Assembly (NCBI GenBank): GCA_036559825.1
Contig: DATBSK010000037.1
Span: 1 to 46,797 of the forward strand
Source of the DNA: Acidimicrobiia bacterium
GTDB lineage: Bacteria; Actinomycetota; Acidimicrobiia; IMCC26256; PALSA-555
Direction of reading: 5' to 3'
Length of the DNA: 46,797 nt
Every line of letters starts with the position of its first letter. Within the stretch, counting starts at the first letter, position 1. The translations under genes and the position numbers were made by a program. A model generated the notes under the pieces. The model saw only the letters and a program-made list of their open reading frames with translations. It ran no database searches and was not told the origin of the DNA. Positions 1 through 10,526 of the stretch are shown in pieces.

Positions 1-2
1 CC

Positions 3-44
3 TGTGTAGTCGCGGTTGATGGCTGTCGGTGTGGTTGCGGTTGA
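3..44. repeat. Left terminal inverted repeat of the IS481-like element
   Basis: tgtgtagtcgcggttgatggctgtcggtgtggttgcggttga aligns with the reverse complement of 1330-1371 (30/42 identical, including the terminal TGTGT). Confidence 0.55.
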
Positions 45-60
45 TGGTTGACGGGTGATG

Positions 61-1203
61 TCAGTGTGAGCGTGCTCGCTTCTTGCGCACCTCCCCTCTG
101 CTGGTTCGTAGGACGGTCCGGATTCTGGCTCCCTCGCACCAGGCGTGGAGGAGGTCATCTTCGACGTGGACGGTGACGAGCTTGCCGGCGAGGGCAGCGC
201 CGACCGAGAACACTTGATGTGAGACCGAGATGATGCCGTTGCGGGCGACCTTGCGGGTCACCGTCGTGGGCGTGTCGTCGCGTGGTTCCTCGAGATCAAC
301 CGCTGGGGCTTCGATGCGCTGCGCGAAGCGTTCGGCGGGAGTCAACAGTCCGATGGCTTGGTGGGGTCGGACCTTGTTGTACTCATCGACCCAGGCGTCC
401 AACGCGGCCTGCGCGTGACCCAGACTCGTGAGCTCGACGCCGGCGAGGAACTCGTCGCGCAGGGTGCGATGGAACCGCTCGATCTTGCCGGTGGTGGTCG
501 GGGCACGAACACCGGTGAGGCGATGGGTGATCCCGTTCTGGCGACAGATCCGATCGAAGAGCACCTCTGAAGGTGTCGAGGAGTGCCGGCCGGTGAACAC
601 CTTGCCGTTGTCAGTCAGGACCTCATCAGGCACGCCATGGGTGCGCATCGCGTCGACGAAGACCCCACACACGCCACGGGCAGTCGCCCGCTCGACCAAT
701 CCGGCCGCGACACAGAACCGCGAGTAGTCATCGACACCGGTGAGGGCTTTGAGCTCGGTGCCGTCGCGCAACACGATCCCGCCCACCACGTCGAGCTGCC
801 ACAGCTCCATCGGGCGGTGCCGCTCCCAGCGCAGCCAGTCCTTGCGTTGCCGGCGACGACCGGTCTCGATCAGCCGCTGACGCACTAACGCCCGATACAC
901 CGCCGAGCGCGACGGCGCCGGCGACATTCCACGCCGCGCCAACACTGCTGCCAGCCGCGTCGGTCCCCACCCCGGATGCTGGCGACGCAGCTCGCAGACC
1001 TCGGCCTCGATCTCGGCCGGCATCTGATGTGGACACGTCGCTGGTCGATGCGACCGATCCGCCAACCCGCTGATCCCGCCCTGCTCATAGCGGCGGATCC
1101 ACTCGTGCACGCTCTGACGCGACACCCCGAACCGGGCCGCCACCTCAGTCACCGGCTCGGCGTCGCGAAGCACCGCCATCACCGCCTCATACCTCTGCTC
1201 CAT
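61..1203 (-). CDS. IS481-family DDE transposase/integrase
   Basis: N-terminal HTH (VAARFGVSRQSVHEWIRRYEQGG). rve-type core with WQLDV (D), LTDNGKVF (D) and GKIERFHRTLRDEF (E), then YNKVRPHQAIG. I prefer the ATG at 1203 (MEQRYEAV) over the ORF-track start at 1281. Confidence 0.9.
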   Translation of the reverse strand: MEQRYEAVMAVLRDAEPVTEVAARFGVSRQSVHEWIRRYEQGGISGLADRSHRPATCPHQMPAEIEAEVCELRRQHPGWGPTRLAAVLARRGMSPAPSRSAVYRALVRQRLIETGRRRQRKDWLRWERHRPMELWQLDVVGGIVLRDGTELKALTGVDDYSRFCVAAGLVERATARGVCGVFVDAMRTHGVPDEVLTDNGKVFTGRHSSTPSEVLFDRICRQNGITHRLTGVRAPTTTGKIERFHRTLRDEFLAGVELTSLGHAQAALDAWVDEYNKVRPHQAIGLLTPAERFAQRIEAPAVDLEEPRDDTPTTVTRKVARNGIISVSHQVFSVGAALAGKLVTVHVEDDLLHAWCEGARIRTVLRTSRGEVRKKRARSH

Positions 1204-1329
1204 GGCACTGCGCGCAACGAGCACCGGCCACCTCCTCGACGTCGACACGCCGAGCCGAGAAGGCGACCAACCCTCTGTCAAGCATCACCCGGAACTCGCG
1301 TCCAGCATCAGCCGGAACCGCGTCACCCC

Positions 1330-1371
1330 TCAACCGAACCCAAACCGTCCGACTTCAGGCGGAACAACACA
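1330..1371. repeat. Right terminal inverted repeat of the IS481-like element
   Basis: The reverse complement reads tgtgttgttccgcctgaagtcggacggtttgggttcggttga and pairs with 3-44. Confidence 0.55.
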
Positions 1372-1380
1372 TCAACGCAG

Positions 1381-1453
1381 TGGGGCCGGCAGGGATCGAA
1401 CCTGCGACCGAGGGATTATGAGTCCCCTGCTCTGACCACTGAGCTACGGCCCC
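1381..1453 (-). tRNA. tRNA-Met (anticodon CAT); elongator-type or possibly Ile2-type, not initiator
   Basis: The reverse complement folds by hand into a 73-nt cloverleaf: GGGGCCG/CGGCCCC acceptor, GCTC..GAGC D arm, CTCATAA anticodon loop, GCAGG-TTCGATC-CCTGC T arm. Position 1:72 is a G-C pair. CCA is not encoded. Confidence 0.9.
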
Positions 1454-1556
1454 GGCGCATGGTAGGCATCGGGGTCTGGCAACCTGGCCGTGCCAATCCA
1501 TCGGCGTGTCGCCGTCGTATCACCGGCGACGCCCCCGTCGACCAACGGAGGTTCCC

Positions 1557-2075
1557 GTGAGCCGCAGGCCCCTCGTCGCCATCGCGCTGACCGCCACCCT
1601 TGCGGTGAGCGGGAGCCTCCTGACGGACGCCGCCGCGTTCGGAGCCGGATCGGCACGCCGTCACGCCGGCGCGGCGGCCAAGAGCGACAAGGACAAGAAA
1701 AAGAAGAAGGTCTTCACGATCCAGGTGAAGAAGACGCCGCTCGGCAAGATCCTCGTCACCACGAAGGGCTTCACGCTCTACGCGTTCGAGCCCGACGGCA
1801 CCGACACCGTGTCACCGAAGTGCATCAACGAGTGCGCGGTCGTCTGGCCCGCGTACCCCTCGAAGCGGAAGCCGACCGTGGGGCCGGGACTCAAGCCGAA
1901 GCTCGTCGGGATCGGTGGGGGCGGTCAGGTCGTCTACAACGACCACCTGCTGTACCGCTTCAGCGGTGACAGCGCTGCCGGTCAGACGAACGGCCAGGGG
2001 GTCGGGAACATCTGGCACGTGGTCGGCGCGGACGGTGAGCCGATCGTCGAGGCAACGACGACTCCGAGCACCTAG
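1557..2075 (+). CDS. Secreted protein with two Yx(FWY)xxD repeats (COG4315 / Lipoprotein_15-like)
   Basis: GTG at 1557 lies 5 nt after GGAGG (1547-1551). The N-terminus VSRRPLVAIALTATLAV resembles a twin-arginine signal. Repeats are LYAFEPD and LYRFSGD. There is no lipobox Cys. Confidence 0.75.
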   Translation: MSRRPLVAIALTATLAVSGSLLTDAAAFGAGSARRHAGAAAKSDKDKKKKKVFTIQVKKTPLGKILVTTKGFTLYAFEPDGTDTVSPKCINECAVVWPAYPSKRKPTVGPGLKPKLVGIGGGGQVVYNDHLLYRFSGDSAAGQTNGQGVGNIWHVVGADGEPIVEATTTPST

Positions 2076-2093
2076 GAGGCCGTCAGGCCTCCT
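2074..2093. terminator. Bidirectional hairpin spanning the convergent stop codons of the secreted protein gene and rpoD
   Basis: aGGAGGCC-gtca-GGCCTCCt forms an 8-bp stem with a 4-nt loop. The TAG stop (2073-2075) and the rpoD stop (2083-2085) lie inside the structure. There is no U-tract. Confidence 0.45.
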
Positions 2094-3615
2094 CGAGGTA
2101 GTCACGGAGCCGCTGCGACCGCGTCGGGTGGCGGAGCTTCGCCAGCGTCTTCGACTCGATCTGGCGGATCCGCTCGCGGGTGACGCCGAACTCGCGGCCC
2201 ACCTCTTCGAGCGTGCGGACCTGACCGTCGTCGAGCCCGAAGCGAAGGCGCATCACCTGCTGCTCACGGGGGGTGAGCTCGAGCAGGGCGCGCTCGATCT
2301 CGTCCTTGAGTCGCTCGCGTTCGGCCGCGAAGTCGGGTGACACCGCGCTCTCGTCGGGGACGAAGTCGCCGAGCGAGCTGTCGTCCTCCTCTCCGACCGG
2401 CGTCTCGAGCGAGAGAGGCTCGAGTGCGATGCGTTGGATCTCACGCACCTTGTCGGGCGTCAGGTCGACCTTGCGCGCGATCTCCTCGACGGTCGGCTCG
2501 CGCCCGAGCTCCTGGAGCATCGACCGCTGCACCCGGAGAACCTTGTTCATCGTCTCGACCATGTGCACGGGGATGCGGATCGTGCGCGCCTGGTCGGCGA
2601 TGGCACGCGTGATGGCCTGGCGGATCCACCACGTCGCGTACGTGGAGAACTTGAAGCCCTTCGTGTGGTCGAACTTTTCAACCGCGCGGATTAGGCCGAG
2701 GTTGCCCTCCTGCACGAGGTCGAGCAGCGCCATGCCGCGCCCGACGTAGCGCTTCGCGATCGACACGACGAGGCGGAGGTTCGCGTTCGTGAGCTGCTGC
2801 TTGGCGAGCTCGCCGTCGACGAGCGAACGGAGGTCGACCGCGCGCGTGTAGGTATCGGAGGAGGAGTCGAGGCGCGAGGCGATGTCGTCGGCGACCACGA
2901 TGACGAGCTGGAAGTTCTCGTCGGTCTTCGTCGCGTTGCGTGCGAGGCTCCCCGGCACCGACACGACCGGCATGGGCAGCAGCTTCGTGAGCTCCGCTTC
3001 GAGCAGCGTCGAGACTTGCTCGAGCTCGTGCCGGCCTTCGTCGTCGACACCACCGCTGACGCGCAGGAGACGGGCGATCTCGAGCGCCCGCTGCAGCGCG
3101 CTCCGGGTCGACTGCCGCTTCGCGAACTCGCCGTCCTCGATCGGCTCCGGGAACTCACCGTCGTCGTGCGTCCCGGTGGCGGCGAAGGCGTGGGCGCCGG
3201 CCTCGATGCGGCGCGCCAGCTGCTTCTCCTCGTCGGCCGTGAGCAGCCGGACCTTGCCGATCTCCTTGAGGTACATGCGCACGGGGTCGAAGCTCCCGCC
3301 CTCGCCCCGGTCGCGGCCGGCCTCGAGCGCGTCGTCGAGCCGCTCGGCGGCCGAGCGGCGCGCCCGCGAAAGGCGTGGCTCGGGGCGCAGCACCTCCTCG
3401 CGCTGCAGCTCCTCGGCCACCTCGTCGATCCACTCGATGCCACGGGCGCGCAGCAGCTCCTGGATCGCCACGAGCTGCGCGGTCTCCGGTTCGAGGTCCG
3501 GGAACGCGGCGAACACATCCGCGGACGTGACGACGCCGCTCTCGGCTTTGGCAACGAGAGCATCGAGCTGCGCCTCGCGCACAACGTCTCCGCTCGCGAG
3601 GCCTCGGTCGGTCAC
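2083..3615 (-). CDS. rpoD: Primary (housekeeping) RNA polymerase sigma factor
   Basis: Regions 2-4 are unmistakable: [56 protein letters not shown] and [27 protein letters not shown] chose the GTG at 3615 as the start. It overlaps the dnaG stop as GTGA and has GGAG 8 nt upstream. The ATG at 3645 or the GTG at 3693 remain possible. Confidence 0.93.
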   Translation of the reverse strand: MTDRGLASGDVVREAQLDALVAKAESGVVTSADVFAAFPDLEPETAQLVAIQELLRARGIEWIDEVAEELQREEVLRPEPRLSRARRSAAERLDDALEAGRDRGEGGSFDPVRMYLKEIGKVRLLTADEEKQLARRIEAGAHAFAATGTHDDGEFPEPIEDGEFAKRQSTRSALQRALEIARLLRVSGGVDDEGRHELEQVSTLLEAELTKLLPMPVVSVPGSLARNATKTDENFQLVIVVADDIASRLDSSSDTYTRAVDLRSLVDGELAKQQLTNANLRLVVSIAKRYVGRGMALLDLVQEGNLGLIRAVEKFDHTKGFKFSTYATWWIRQAITRAIADQARTIRIPVHMVETMNKVLRVQRSMLQELGREPTVEEIARKVDLTPDKVREIQRIALEPLSLETPVGEEDDSSLGDFVPDESAVSPDFAAERERLKDEIERALLELTPREQQVMRLRFGLDDGQVRTLEEVGREFGVTRERIRQIESKTLAKLRHPTRSQRLRDYLEEA

Positions 3616-5468
3616 GCCTGTTGCTCCACTCGTTTCTCCGCCCATTCGGAGACGGGCTGCTCCGGTGCCGGTTGGGCTTCGTGGACGATCCACCCTACCA
3701 ACTGCTCGGCCGCAGCTTGCGCGCGCATCCAGTCGCCGACTTCGCGAGCGTGCGCGAGCACGTCGAGCTCGGCCTTCACCGTCGTGGCCCGATCGTCGTC
3801 GTCGCGCAACAGGCGCATGAGGAGTCGCTTCGCAACCGGCTCGACGGTGTGTGCGATGAGACGCGCTCCGAGCGTCTCGGGCTCATCGCCCTCGTCGGGC
3901 TCCTCGACGGCGAGACGCTCGAGCACGTGGCGCGTCTCGCCCTCTGACGCGTCGATCGCGTCGTGCAGGTCGCTGTGGTCGAGGAGCAGCTGGTACACCG
4001 CACGCGTCGTGGGATCCATGAACAGCGCGATGTCGAGCCATCCCTCGACGAGCGCGGGATCGTGGATCGCCCAGCGGAGCACGTCGAGCTCCCGCCGCTC
4101 GGCGCCGCTCGGCACCGCCGGTGTGGGTGTGCCGTCCTCGGGCGGTTCGTTGCGAACCGTCCGGGCCCGAGCGCGGCCTTCTCCACTGATCGCGCGCGCG
4201 ATCTGCGCCCGCACGCCGTCGACGGCGAGGGCGAGACGCTCGGCGAGCTGCACCGCGTACTGGTCGCGGACGAGCTCGCTCGGGTGCTCCGCGACCATCG
4301 CGCTCGCGGCCTCGGCGGCACGCGCCCGCCCTTCGATCGTCGAGAGGTCTGCGCCCGCGAGACGGCGATCGACCCGGAACTGCAGGAACGGCTCGGCACG
4401 CTCGATCGAGCTGGGCAGCCGTTCCCGGTCGTCGAGCCAGAGGTCGCCGGGGTCCTTGCCCGGGGGCAGGTCGGCGACCCGCACCTCGAGCTCGAGCTCC
4501 TGCTCCCAGCGGTACCAGCGCTCGGCGGCGCCCTGCCCCGCGCTGTCGGCGTCGTAGGCGAGCACGACGCGGCGCGCGAGGTTCTTCAGCATCTTGACGT
4601 GGTCATCGGCGAGAGCGGTCCCGCACGTCGCGACCGCGATCGCGCAGCCTGCGAGCGCGTACGCCATGACGTCCGTGTAGCCCTCGCAGATCACGACCTC
4701 GTCGTGTGCCACGATCTCCGTCCTCGCCCAGTTGAGTCCGTACAGCAGACGGCTCTTCTGGTAGATCGGCGTCTCCGGCGAGTTCTTGTACTTCGGTCCG
4801 TCGGCACCGAGTGTCCGTCCGCCGAAGCCGACCGGCTCGCCCTTCGCGTCGTAGATCGGAAAGAGCAGGCGGGCCCTGAACTGGTCTTGCAGCTTGTTGA
4901 CCCGGTTCACGAACGCCAGCCCCGACTCCGTGAGGTCGTCCCGCGAGAACTTGGCCCGCTGGAGGTGCCGGCTCAGCGCATCCCAGTCGTCGGGCGCCCA
5001 GCCGAGCACGAACCGCCGGGCGGCGTCACCGTCGAACCCGCGCCCGCGCAGGTACTTGCGCGCGCCGCCCCCGCCGGGCGAATCGAGCAGGGCCCGGTGG
5101 TAGAAGTCGACCGCGGCACCGACGGCCTCGACGAGGCGCGCACGCCGTGAACGATCGCGGCTGGCGGCGCGGTCGTCGTAGCGGAGCTGGATGTTGGCGC
5201 GCTGCGCGAGCCGTTCGACCGCATCGACGAAGTCGATGTGCTCGATCTCGCGCAGGAACGTGATCGGGTCGCCGCCCTTGTCGCAACCGAAACATTTCCA
5301 TAAATTCAGTTCGGGATTGATGGAGAAGGACGGCGTCTTCTCCTGGTGGAACGGGCACAGCGCCATGAAGCGCCGGCCGACGCGCTTCACCGCGGTGTAC
5401 TCCCCGACGAGCGCCGCGAGGTCCGTCTGGTCCCTGACCCGAGCGACGTCCTCGTCGAGGATTCCCAT
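3612..5468 (-). CDS. dnaG: DNA primase
   Basis: CHC2 zinc finger [36 protein letters not shown] region [12 protein letters not shown] ... [16 protein letters not shown]. It occupies the classical position upstream of rpoD. Confidence 0.95.
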   Translation of the reverse strand: MGILDEDVARVRDQTDLAALVGEYTAVKRVGRRFMALCPFHQEKTPSFSINPELNLWKCFGCDKGGDPITFLREIEHIDFVDAVERLAQRANIQLRYDDRAASRDRSRRARLVEAVGAAVDFYHRALLDSPGGGGARKYLRGRGFDGDAARRFVLGWAPDDWDALSRHLQRAKFSRDDLTESGLAFVNRVNKLQDQFRARLLFPIYDAKGEPVGFGGRTLGADGPKYKNSPETPIYQKSRLLYGLNWARTEIVAHDEVVICEGYTDVMAYALAGCAIAVATCGTALADDHVKMLKNLARRVVLAYDADSAGQGAAERWYRWEQELELEVRVADLPPGKDPGDLWLDDRERLPSSIERAEPFLQFRVDRRLAGADLSTIEGRARAAEAASAMVAEHPSELVRDQYAVQLAERLALAVDGVRAQIARAISGEGRARARTVRNEPPEDGTPTPAVPSGAERRELDVLRWAIHDPALVEGWLDIALFMDPTTRAVYQLLLDHSDLHDAIDASEGETRHVLERLAVEEPDEGDEPETLGARLIAHTVEPVAKRLLMRLLRDDDDRATTVKAELDVLAHAREVGDWMRAQAAAEQLVGWIVHEAQPAPEQPVSEWAEKRVEQQA

Positions 5469-5500
5469 CGCGGGCGAGGTTACGACCTGGCAGTCACCCC

Positions 5501-6601
5501 TCAGACGCCTCTCGGTAGGTCGTCCGGCCGCCAGCCGAGGAGCTCGACGCCGAGCGCGAGCGCGAAGCGGTCGGTCATGCCGCTCACGTACTTGACGGCG
5601 AGGGCCGCGGCCTTCGCGGACCCGGCGTCGACGTCGGCCCCGACACCGGGGAGGCGGCGGGGTGCATCAGCGAAGTGCTCGACGAGCCCGCGCAGGAGGC
5701 GGATGACGCGCTCGGCCTGACGGAGTGATGCCGGCCGGAGGTAGATGCGCTCGAAGTTGAAGTCGCGGAAGGCCCGGAGCGCCGTCGCGGCGGGGTCGGT
5801 CATCCCGACGTGGCCCGTTCGGCCGATGGCCGCGAGCACCGCGTGCGCGAAGCCGCCGATCTGCTCGGACCGGCGGGTGCCGACGGTGTCGGCGACGATC
5901 GCGGGCAGGTCCGCGGGCTCGAGGATGCCGGCGCGAACGGCGTCCTCGAAGTCGTGGCAGACGTATGCGATGCGGTCGGCCCAGGCGACGACCTCACCTT
6001 CGGGCGTGGCGGGCGGCGGGCGCCGCCAGGAGTGGTTCCGCACGCCGTCGAGCGTCTCCACGCAGAGGTTGAGCTCGGCGAGCGTGACGTCCGCGCCGTA
6101 GACCGCGTGGTCGTAGCCGGTGCCGGGAACGTAGGGGGTGAACGCCTCCTCGGACGCGTGGCCGCCGGGGCCGTGACCGCAGTCGTGCGCGAGCGCGATC
6201 GCCTCGGTGAGCGGCACGCAGAGACCGGCGCCGCGCGCGATGCCGACGGCGACCTGGGCCACCTCGACGGCGTGCGTGAGCCGTGTGCGCAGGTGGTCGT
6301 CCTCGGGCGCGACGAAGACCTGGCATTTGCCCGCGAGGCGTCGCCACGGGCGGGAGTGCTTCACCCGGTCGAGGTCGCGCTCGAAGCAGAGCCGGAAGGG
6401 GTCGGGCTCCTCGGGACGGAGCCGCGTGCCGGCGCCGGACGGGCGCGTCGCACCGGGCGCGAGCGACACGTCGAGCTCGGCCTCCCGCTGCTCACGGGTC
6501 CGGAGCCGCCCGCCGACGTACGCGTTCGCGCCCCGATGCGCCCGGTGCACCGCGGGCGCAGCGAGGGCATCGGTGACGCTCGGATCGACGGAGACGGCCA
6601 T
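5501..6601 (-). CDS. dgt: dGTP triphosphohydrolase-like HD-domain protein
   Basis: HD motif region RLTHAVEVAQVAVGIAR ... ALAHDCGHGPGGH ... VCHDFEDA. The dgt-dnaG arrangement is conserved in actinobacteria. Confidence 0.85.
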   Translation of the reverse strand: MAVSVDPSVTDALAAPAVHRAHRGANAYVGGRLRTREQREAELDVSLAPGATRPSGAGTRLRPEEPDPFRLCFERDLDRVKHSRPWRRLAGKCQVFVAPEDDHLRTRLTHAVEVAQVAVGIARGAGLCVPLTEAIALAHDCGHGPGGHASEEAFTPYVPGTGYDHAVYGADVTLAELNLCVETLDGVRNHSWRRPPPATPEGEVVAWADRIAYVCHDFEDAVRAGILEPADLPAIVADTVGTRRSEQIGGFAHAVLAAIGRTGHVGMTDPAATALRAFRDFNFERIYLRPASLRQAERVIRLLRGLVEHFADAPRRLPGVGADVDAGSAKAAALAVKYVSGMTDRFALALGVELLGWRPDDLPRGV

Positions 6602-6712
6602 GCTCCGAGGGTACCGACGGGGTGTGACACCGCCGAATCCCTTGCCCCGTCAAGATGCGTCTCTGGACCCTCGCCATGACGGTGAGGGGCGCATCACGCG
6701 CGGGAGTGAGCG

Positions 6713-9343
6713 TCAGGCCGTCGAGCCGGGCCCGGCTTCACCCAGCGCGGCGTGCGCCGCGGCGAGCCGCGCGATCGGCACCCGGTACGGAGAGCACGAC
6801 ACGTAGTCGAGCCCGACCTCGTGGCAGAACGCCACCGACGCAGGGTCACCCCCGTGCTCGCCGCAGATCCCGATCTTCAGGTTCGGACGCGTCGCGCGCC
6901 CCCGCTCGACCGCGGTGCGTACGAGAAGGCCCACGCCGTCGCGGTCGAGGGTCTCGAACGGGTTCGCGTCCAGCAGCTTGAGCTCGAGGTAGCGCGGCAG
7001 GAAGCGCCCTTCGATGTCGTCGCGCGAGAACCCGAACGTCATCTGTGTCAGGTCGTTGGTGCCGAAGGAGAAGAACTCGGCATCCCGGGCGATCTGCTCC
7101 GCGACGAGTGCGGCGCGCGGCGTCTCGATCATCGTCCCGACGAGGTAAGCAGGCATGCCCACGCCCTGTGCCTCGGACGCGAGCTCCTCGCCGACCTCGC
7201 GCACCCAGTCGACGGCCAGGTGGAGCTCGGGCTCCGACACCGTGAGCGGGATCATGATCTCCATCACCGGGTGACCACCGGCCACCGTCCGCTCGATCGC
7301 GGCCTCGAGCAGCGCACGGACCTGCGTGCGGTACAGCTCGGGCTTCAGCACGCCGAGCCGGACACCGCGGGTCCCGAGCATTGGGTTCGACTCGCGCAAC
7401 TTCTCGGCGGCGTGGAGCAGCGCCTCGCCCTCGTCGTCGAGCTCGCCCTTGGCCTGCCGCACGAGCAGCTCCTCGATGTCGGGGAGGAACTCGTGCAACG
7501 GCGGGTCGAGCAGCCGGACGGTCACGGGCAGGCCGTCCATCGCCTCGAGGATGCCGACGAAGTCGGCGCGCTGGAGCTGCTCGAGCTCCCGCAGCACCTC
7601 GAGCTCGTCGGCCTCGTCGCGAGCGAGGATGAACCGCTGCACGAGGTGCAGCCGGTCGCCGAGGAACATGTGCTCGGTCCGGCAGAGGCCGATGCCCTCG
7701 GCGCCGAAGCGGCGCGCCACCTGCGCGTCGTGCGGCAGGTCCGCGTTGGTGCGCACGCGCAGCCGGCGGAACTCGTCGGCCCACGACAGGATCACCTCGA
7801 AGGGCCCGGTCGGCTCCGGCGTGATCACCGGCACTGCGCCGAGGACGATCTCGCCGGTGGTGCCGTTGATCGAGATGACGTCGCCCTCGTGCACGACGGT
7901 GCCGTCGACGGTGAACTGCTTCGCGCCGACGTCGATGTGCAGCGCGGACGCGCCGCAGACGGCGGGCGTCCCCATGCCCCGTGCGACGACGGCGGCATGG
8001 CTCACGAGCCCGCCCCGTGAGGTGAGGATGCCCTCCGCGGCGATCATCCCGTGGAGGTCGTCCGGTGATGTCTCGGGGCGGACGAGGATGACGCGCTCGC
8101 CTTCGCCGACGCGCGCCTCTGCGTCGTCGGCAGTGAAGGCGACCTTGCCCACCGCCGCGCCGGGTGACGCGTTCAGTCCCTTCGCGATCGCGTCGTACTG
8201 CGCCTTCGGGTCGAACTGGGGGTGCAAGAGCTGGTCGAGCTGCTCGGGCTGCACGCGCAGGACCGCCTCGCGCTTGTCGATCATCCCCTCTTCCTGCATC
8301 TCCACCGCCATGCGCAGCGCGGCGGCAGCCGCCCGCTTGCCCACACGCGTCTGCAGGAGGAAGAGGCGACCCTGCTCGATCGTGAACTCGATGTCGCACA
8401 TGTCGGTGTAGTGCTGCTCGAGCGTCTGCATGACGCCGAGGAGCTGCGCGTGGCACTCGGGGAAGGTGTTCGCCATCGCGTCGAGTGGCTCGGTGACCCG
8501 GATCCCCGCCACGACGTCCTCACCCTGCGCGTTGCGCAGGAAGTCGCCATAGGGTCGCTTCTCGCCGGTCGCCGGGTCGCGCGTGAAGGCGACGCCCGTC
8601 CCGGAGTCGTCGCCCTTGTTGCCGAAGACCATGGTCTGGACGTTGACCGCCGTGCCCAGGTCGTCGGGGATCTTCTCCATCTTCCGGTACACGCGCGCGC
8701 GCTCGCCGTTCCACGACTTGAACACGGCCTCGATGGCGTAGCGGAGCTGCTCCTGGGGATCCTGCGGGAACTTGACGCCGGCCTCGGCCTTCACGATCCC
8801 CTTGAACGTGTCCACGAGCTCGTGCAGCGCCGGCGCGTCGAGCTCGGGATCGGTCTCGACCCCGGCTTCCTTGCGCCGCTCGCCGAGCGCCTCCTCGAAG
8901 CGCTCACCGTCGATGCCGAGCACGATCTTGCCGAACATCTGCACGAAGCGCCGGTACGAGTCGTAGGCGAAGCGCTCGTTGTCGGTCTGCTTCGCGAGGC
9001 CGCCGACCGACACGTCGTTCAGGCCGAGGTTGAGGACGGTGTCCATCATCCCGGGCATCGAGAACGGCGCGCCCGACCGCACCGACACGAGGAGCGGATC
9101 GACGTCGTCGCCGAGGCGCTTGCCCATCTTCTCCTCGAGCGTCGCGAGCGCGACGGCGACCTCGTCGAGCAGGCCGCCGGGCATGCCGACCGTCATGTAG
9201 GCCTTGCACGCGTCGGTCGTGATCGTGAAGCCGGGAGGGACCGGGAGGCCGAGCTTGGTCATCTCGGCGAGGTTCGCTCCCTTGCCACCGAGCAGGAACT
9301 TCTGCTCCTTGGAGCCCTCTTCGAACGCGTAGACGTACTTCAT
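6713..9343 (-). CDS. ppdK: Pyruvate, phosphate dikinase
   Basis: 876 aa. N-terminus MKYVYAFEEGSKEQKFLLGGKGANLAEMTKLGLPVPPGFTITT. Phospho-His region GGLVSHAAVVARGMG. PEP-utilising C-terminus GICGEHGGDP. Confidence 0.95.
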   Translation of the reverse strand: MKYVYAFEEGSKEQKFLLGGKGANLAEMTKLGLPVPPGFTITTDACKAYMTVGMPGGLLDEVAVALATLEEKMGKRLGDDVDPLLVSVRSGAPFSMPGMMDTVLNLGLNDVSVGGLAKQTDNERFAYDSYRRFVQMFGKIVLGIDGERFEEALGERRKEAGVETDPELDAPALHELVDTFKGIVKAEAGVKFPQDPQEQLRYAIEAVFKSWNGERARVYRKMEKIPDDLGTAVNVQTMVFGNKGDDSGTGVAFTRDPATGEKRPYGDFLRNAQGEDVVAGIRVTEPLDAMANTFPECHAQLLGVMQTLEQHYTDMCDIEFTIEQGRLFLLQTRVGKRAAAAALRMAVEMQEEGMIDKREAVLRVQPEQLDQLLHPQFDPKAQYDAIAKGLNASPGAAVGKVAFTADDAEARVGEGERVILVRPETSPDDLHGMIAAEGILTSRGGLVSHAAVVARGMGTPAVCGASALHIDVGAKQFTVDGTVVHEGDVISINGTTGEIVLGAVPVITPEPTGPFEVILSWADEFRRLRVRTNADLPHDAQVARRFGAEGIGLCRTEHMFLGDRLHLVQRFILARDEADELEVLRELEQLQRADFVGILEAMDGLPVTVRLLDPPLHEFLPDIEELLVRQAKGELDDEGEALLHAAEKLRESNPMLGTRGVRLGVLKPELYRTQVRALLEAAIERTVAGGHPVMEIMIPLTVSEPELHLAVDWVREVGEELASEAQGVGMPAYLVGTMIETPRAALVAEQIARDAEFFSFGTNDLTQMTFGFSRDDIEGRFLPRYLELKLLDANPFETLDRDGVGLLVRTAVERGRATRPNLKIGICGEHGGDPASVAFCHEVGLDYVSCSPYRVPIARLAAAHAALGEAGPGSTA

Positions 9344-9366
9344 GCTCGAACGAGCCTACCGAGCCC

Positions 9367-10526
9367 TCAGCCGTCGACGACGATCGTGTGCGCGAGTCGG
9401 TCGTGCAGCCCCTGATAGTTCGCGTTGCGCGGCCACGTGAGCACGCCGAAGAGCACCGCGACGTAGCCGAGCGGGCCGAGGATCGGGGCGAAGAGGAGCG
9501 CGACCATCACCGGGACGCCGTAGTGGAGCGCGGCACCGCGCAGGGTGACCGGAGCGCCGGTGTCGTACACGAGCCGGATCTGCAGCAGCTTCTTGCCGAG
9601 CGTCCGCCCCGACCGGACGCTGGAGGGCACCAGGTAGAGCAGCGCCAGCGCGATCGTGATCAGCGAGACGCCGAGCTGGCCCGGGAGGATGTCGTTGCGC
9701 AGGTCGGACTGGACGTCCTCGACCTTGCCCTTCTTGTGGTCGATCTGCTTCTCGAGCTGCTTCTTCGTCGAGTCCGCGCTGAGCGGGGTGCCGTAGACCG
9801 TCTTGCCCTTGACGGTCTCGAATCGTGAGCACTCTGCGTTCGCCCGGTCGATGCTCCGCGTTGCCGCCTTCGCGCCCAGATCGTCGTTGGCCGTGTCGAG
9901 GCGGTCGATGCACTCGGTGACGTGGTCGAGCTGCGCGGTCTCCTTCGGGTACGCCTCGTCGATGAGCACGCTGCCGAGCGTCGTCTGGAGCACGACGATC
10001 AACGCGAGCGCGACTCCGTCGACGAGCAGCGCGAGCAGGCGCGCGCGTGGCGGCGGCGCGTGGAACCCCGGCGGCCAGGTCGCAGGCGTGGGCGGGTGCT
10101 CGGTGGAGAACAGCCCGGGCGGGCGGTTGGCCATCGCCTTGGCCCGCGCCTCGGCGCGCGCCTCGCGTGGCGTCAGCTCGCGCCCCCGCCGCGCCACCGC
10201 CGTCGTGGCCGCCTGGTCGCCGTCGCCGTCGTCCTCGTCGTCGTCGTCGAGGTCGTCGTCGCGGTGCGGCTGGGCCTCGACGCCGATGGTCTCGTCGTAG
10301 CGGGTTCGCTGCACCGGATCGGACAGGATCTGCCACGCGGCGCGGACGCTCGCCTCCTCGGCACGCGCCGCCGCGATGACGGCGGCGTCGGGCTTCTTGG
10401 CGGTCTCGGCGTTCGTCACCTGCGACTGTGCGGTCGTCAGCTCGCGGCGGTAGGCATCGCGGATCTCCTCCTTCGACGCCCCCGTATCCACGTCGAGGAC
10501 CTCGTAGTGCGTCAGCTCGTCGTCGC

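Larger units (their letters stand above)
3..1371 (-). mobile_element. IS481-family insertion sequence: one DDE transposase gene flanked by imperfect terminal inverted repeats
   Basis: A single transposase ORF is flanked by TGTGT... ends. Positions 3-44 match the reverse complement of 1330-1371 at 30 of 42 positions by hand alignment. The element ends 9 bp from the 3' end of tRNA-Met. Confidence 0.75.

Noticed and set aside
1681-1712. An A-rich run (aagagcgacaaggacaagaaaaagaagaaggtc) encoding SDKDKKKKKV in the secreted protein, as a possible slippery or frameshift site.
   Set aside because: No alternative frame continues into a plausible protein. The run simply encodes a lysine-rich linker after the signal peptide.
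6621-6631. The palindrome GTGT-N-ACAC (ggtgtgacacc) upstream of dgt, seen again upstream of leuS at about 41210-41220 (cgtgtcacacc), as a possible shared operator.
   Set aside because: Only 8 positions are fixed and there are only two copies. About one chance occurrence is expected in a window this size. I know of no regulator with this site. The evidence is too weak to call.
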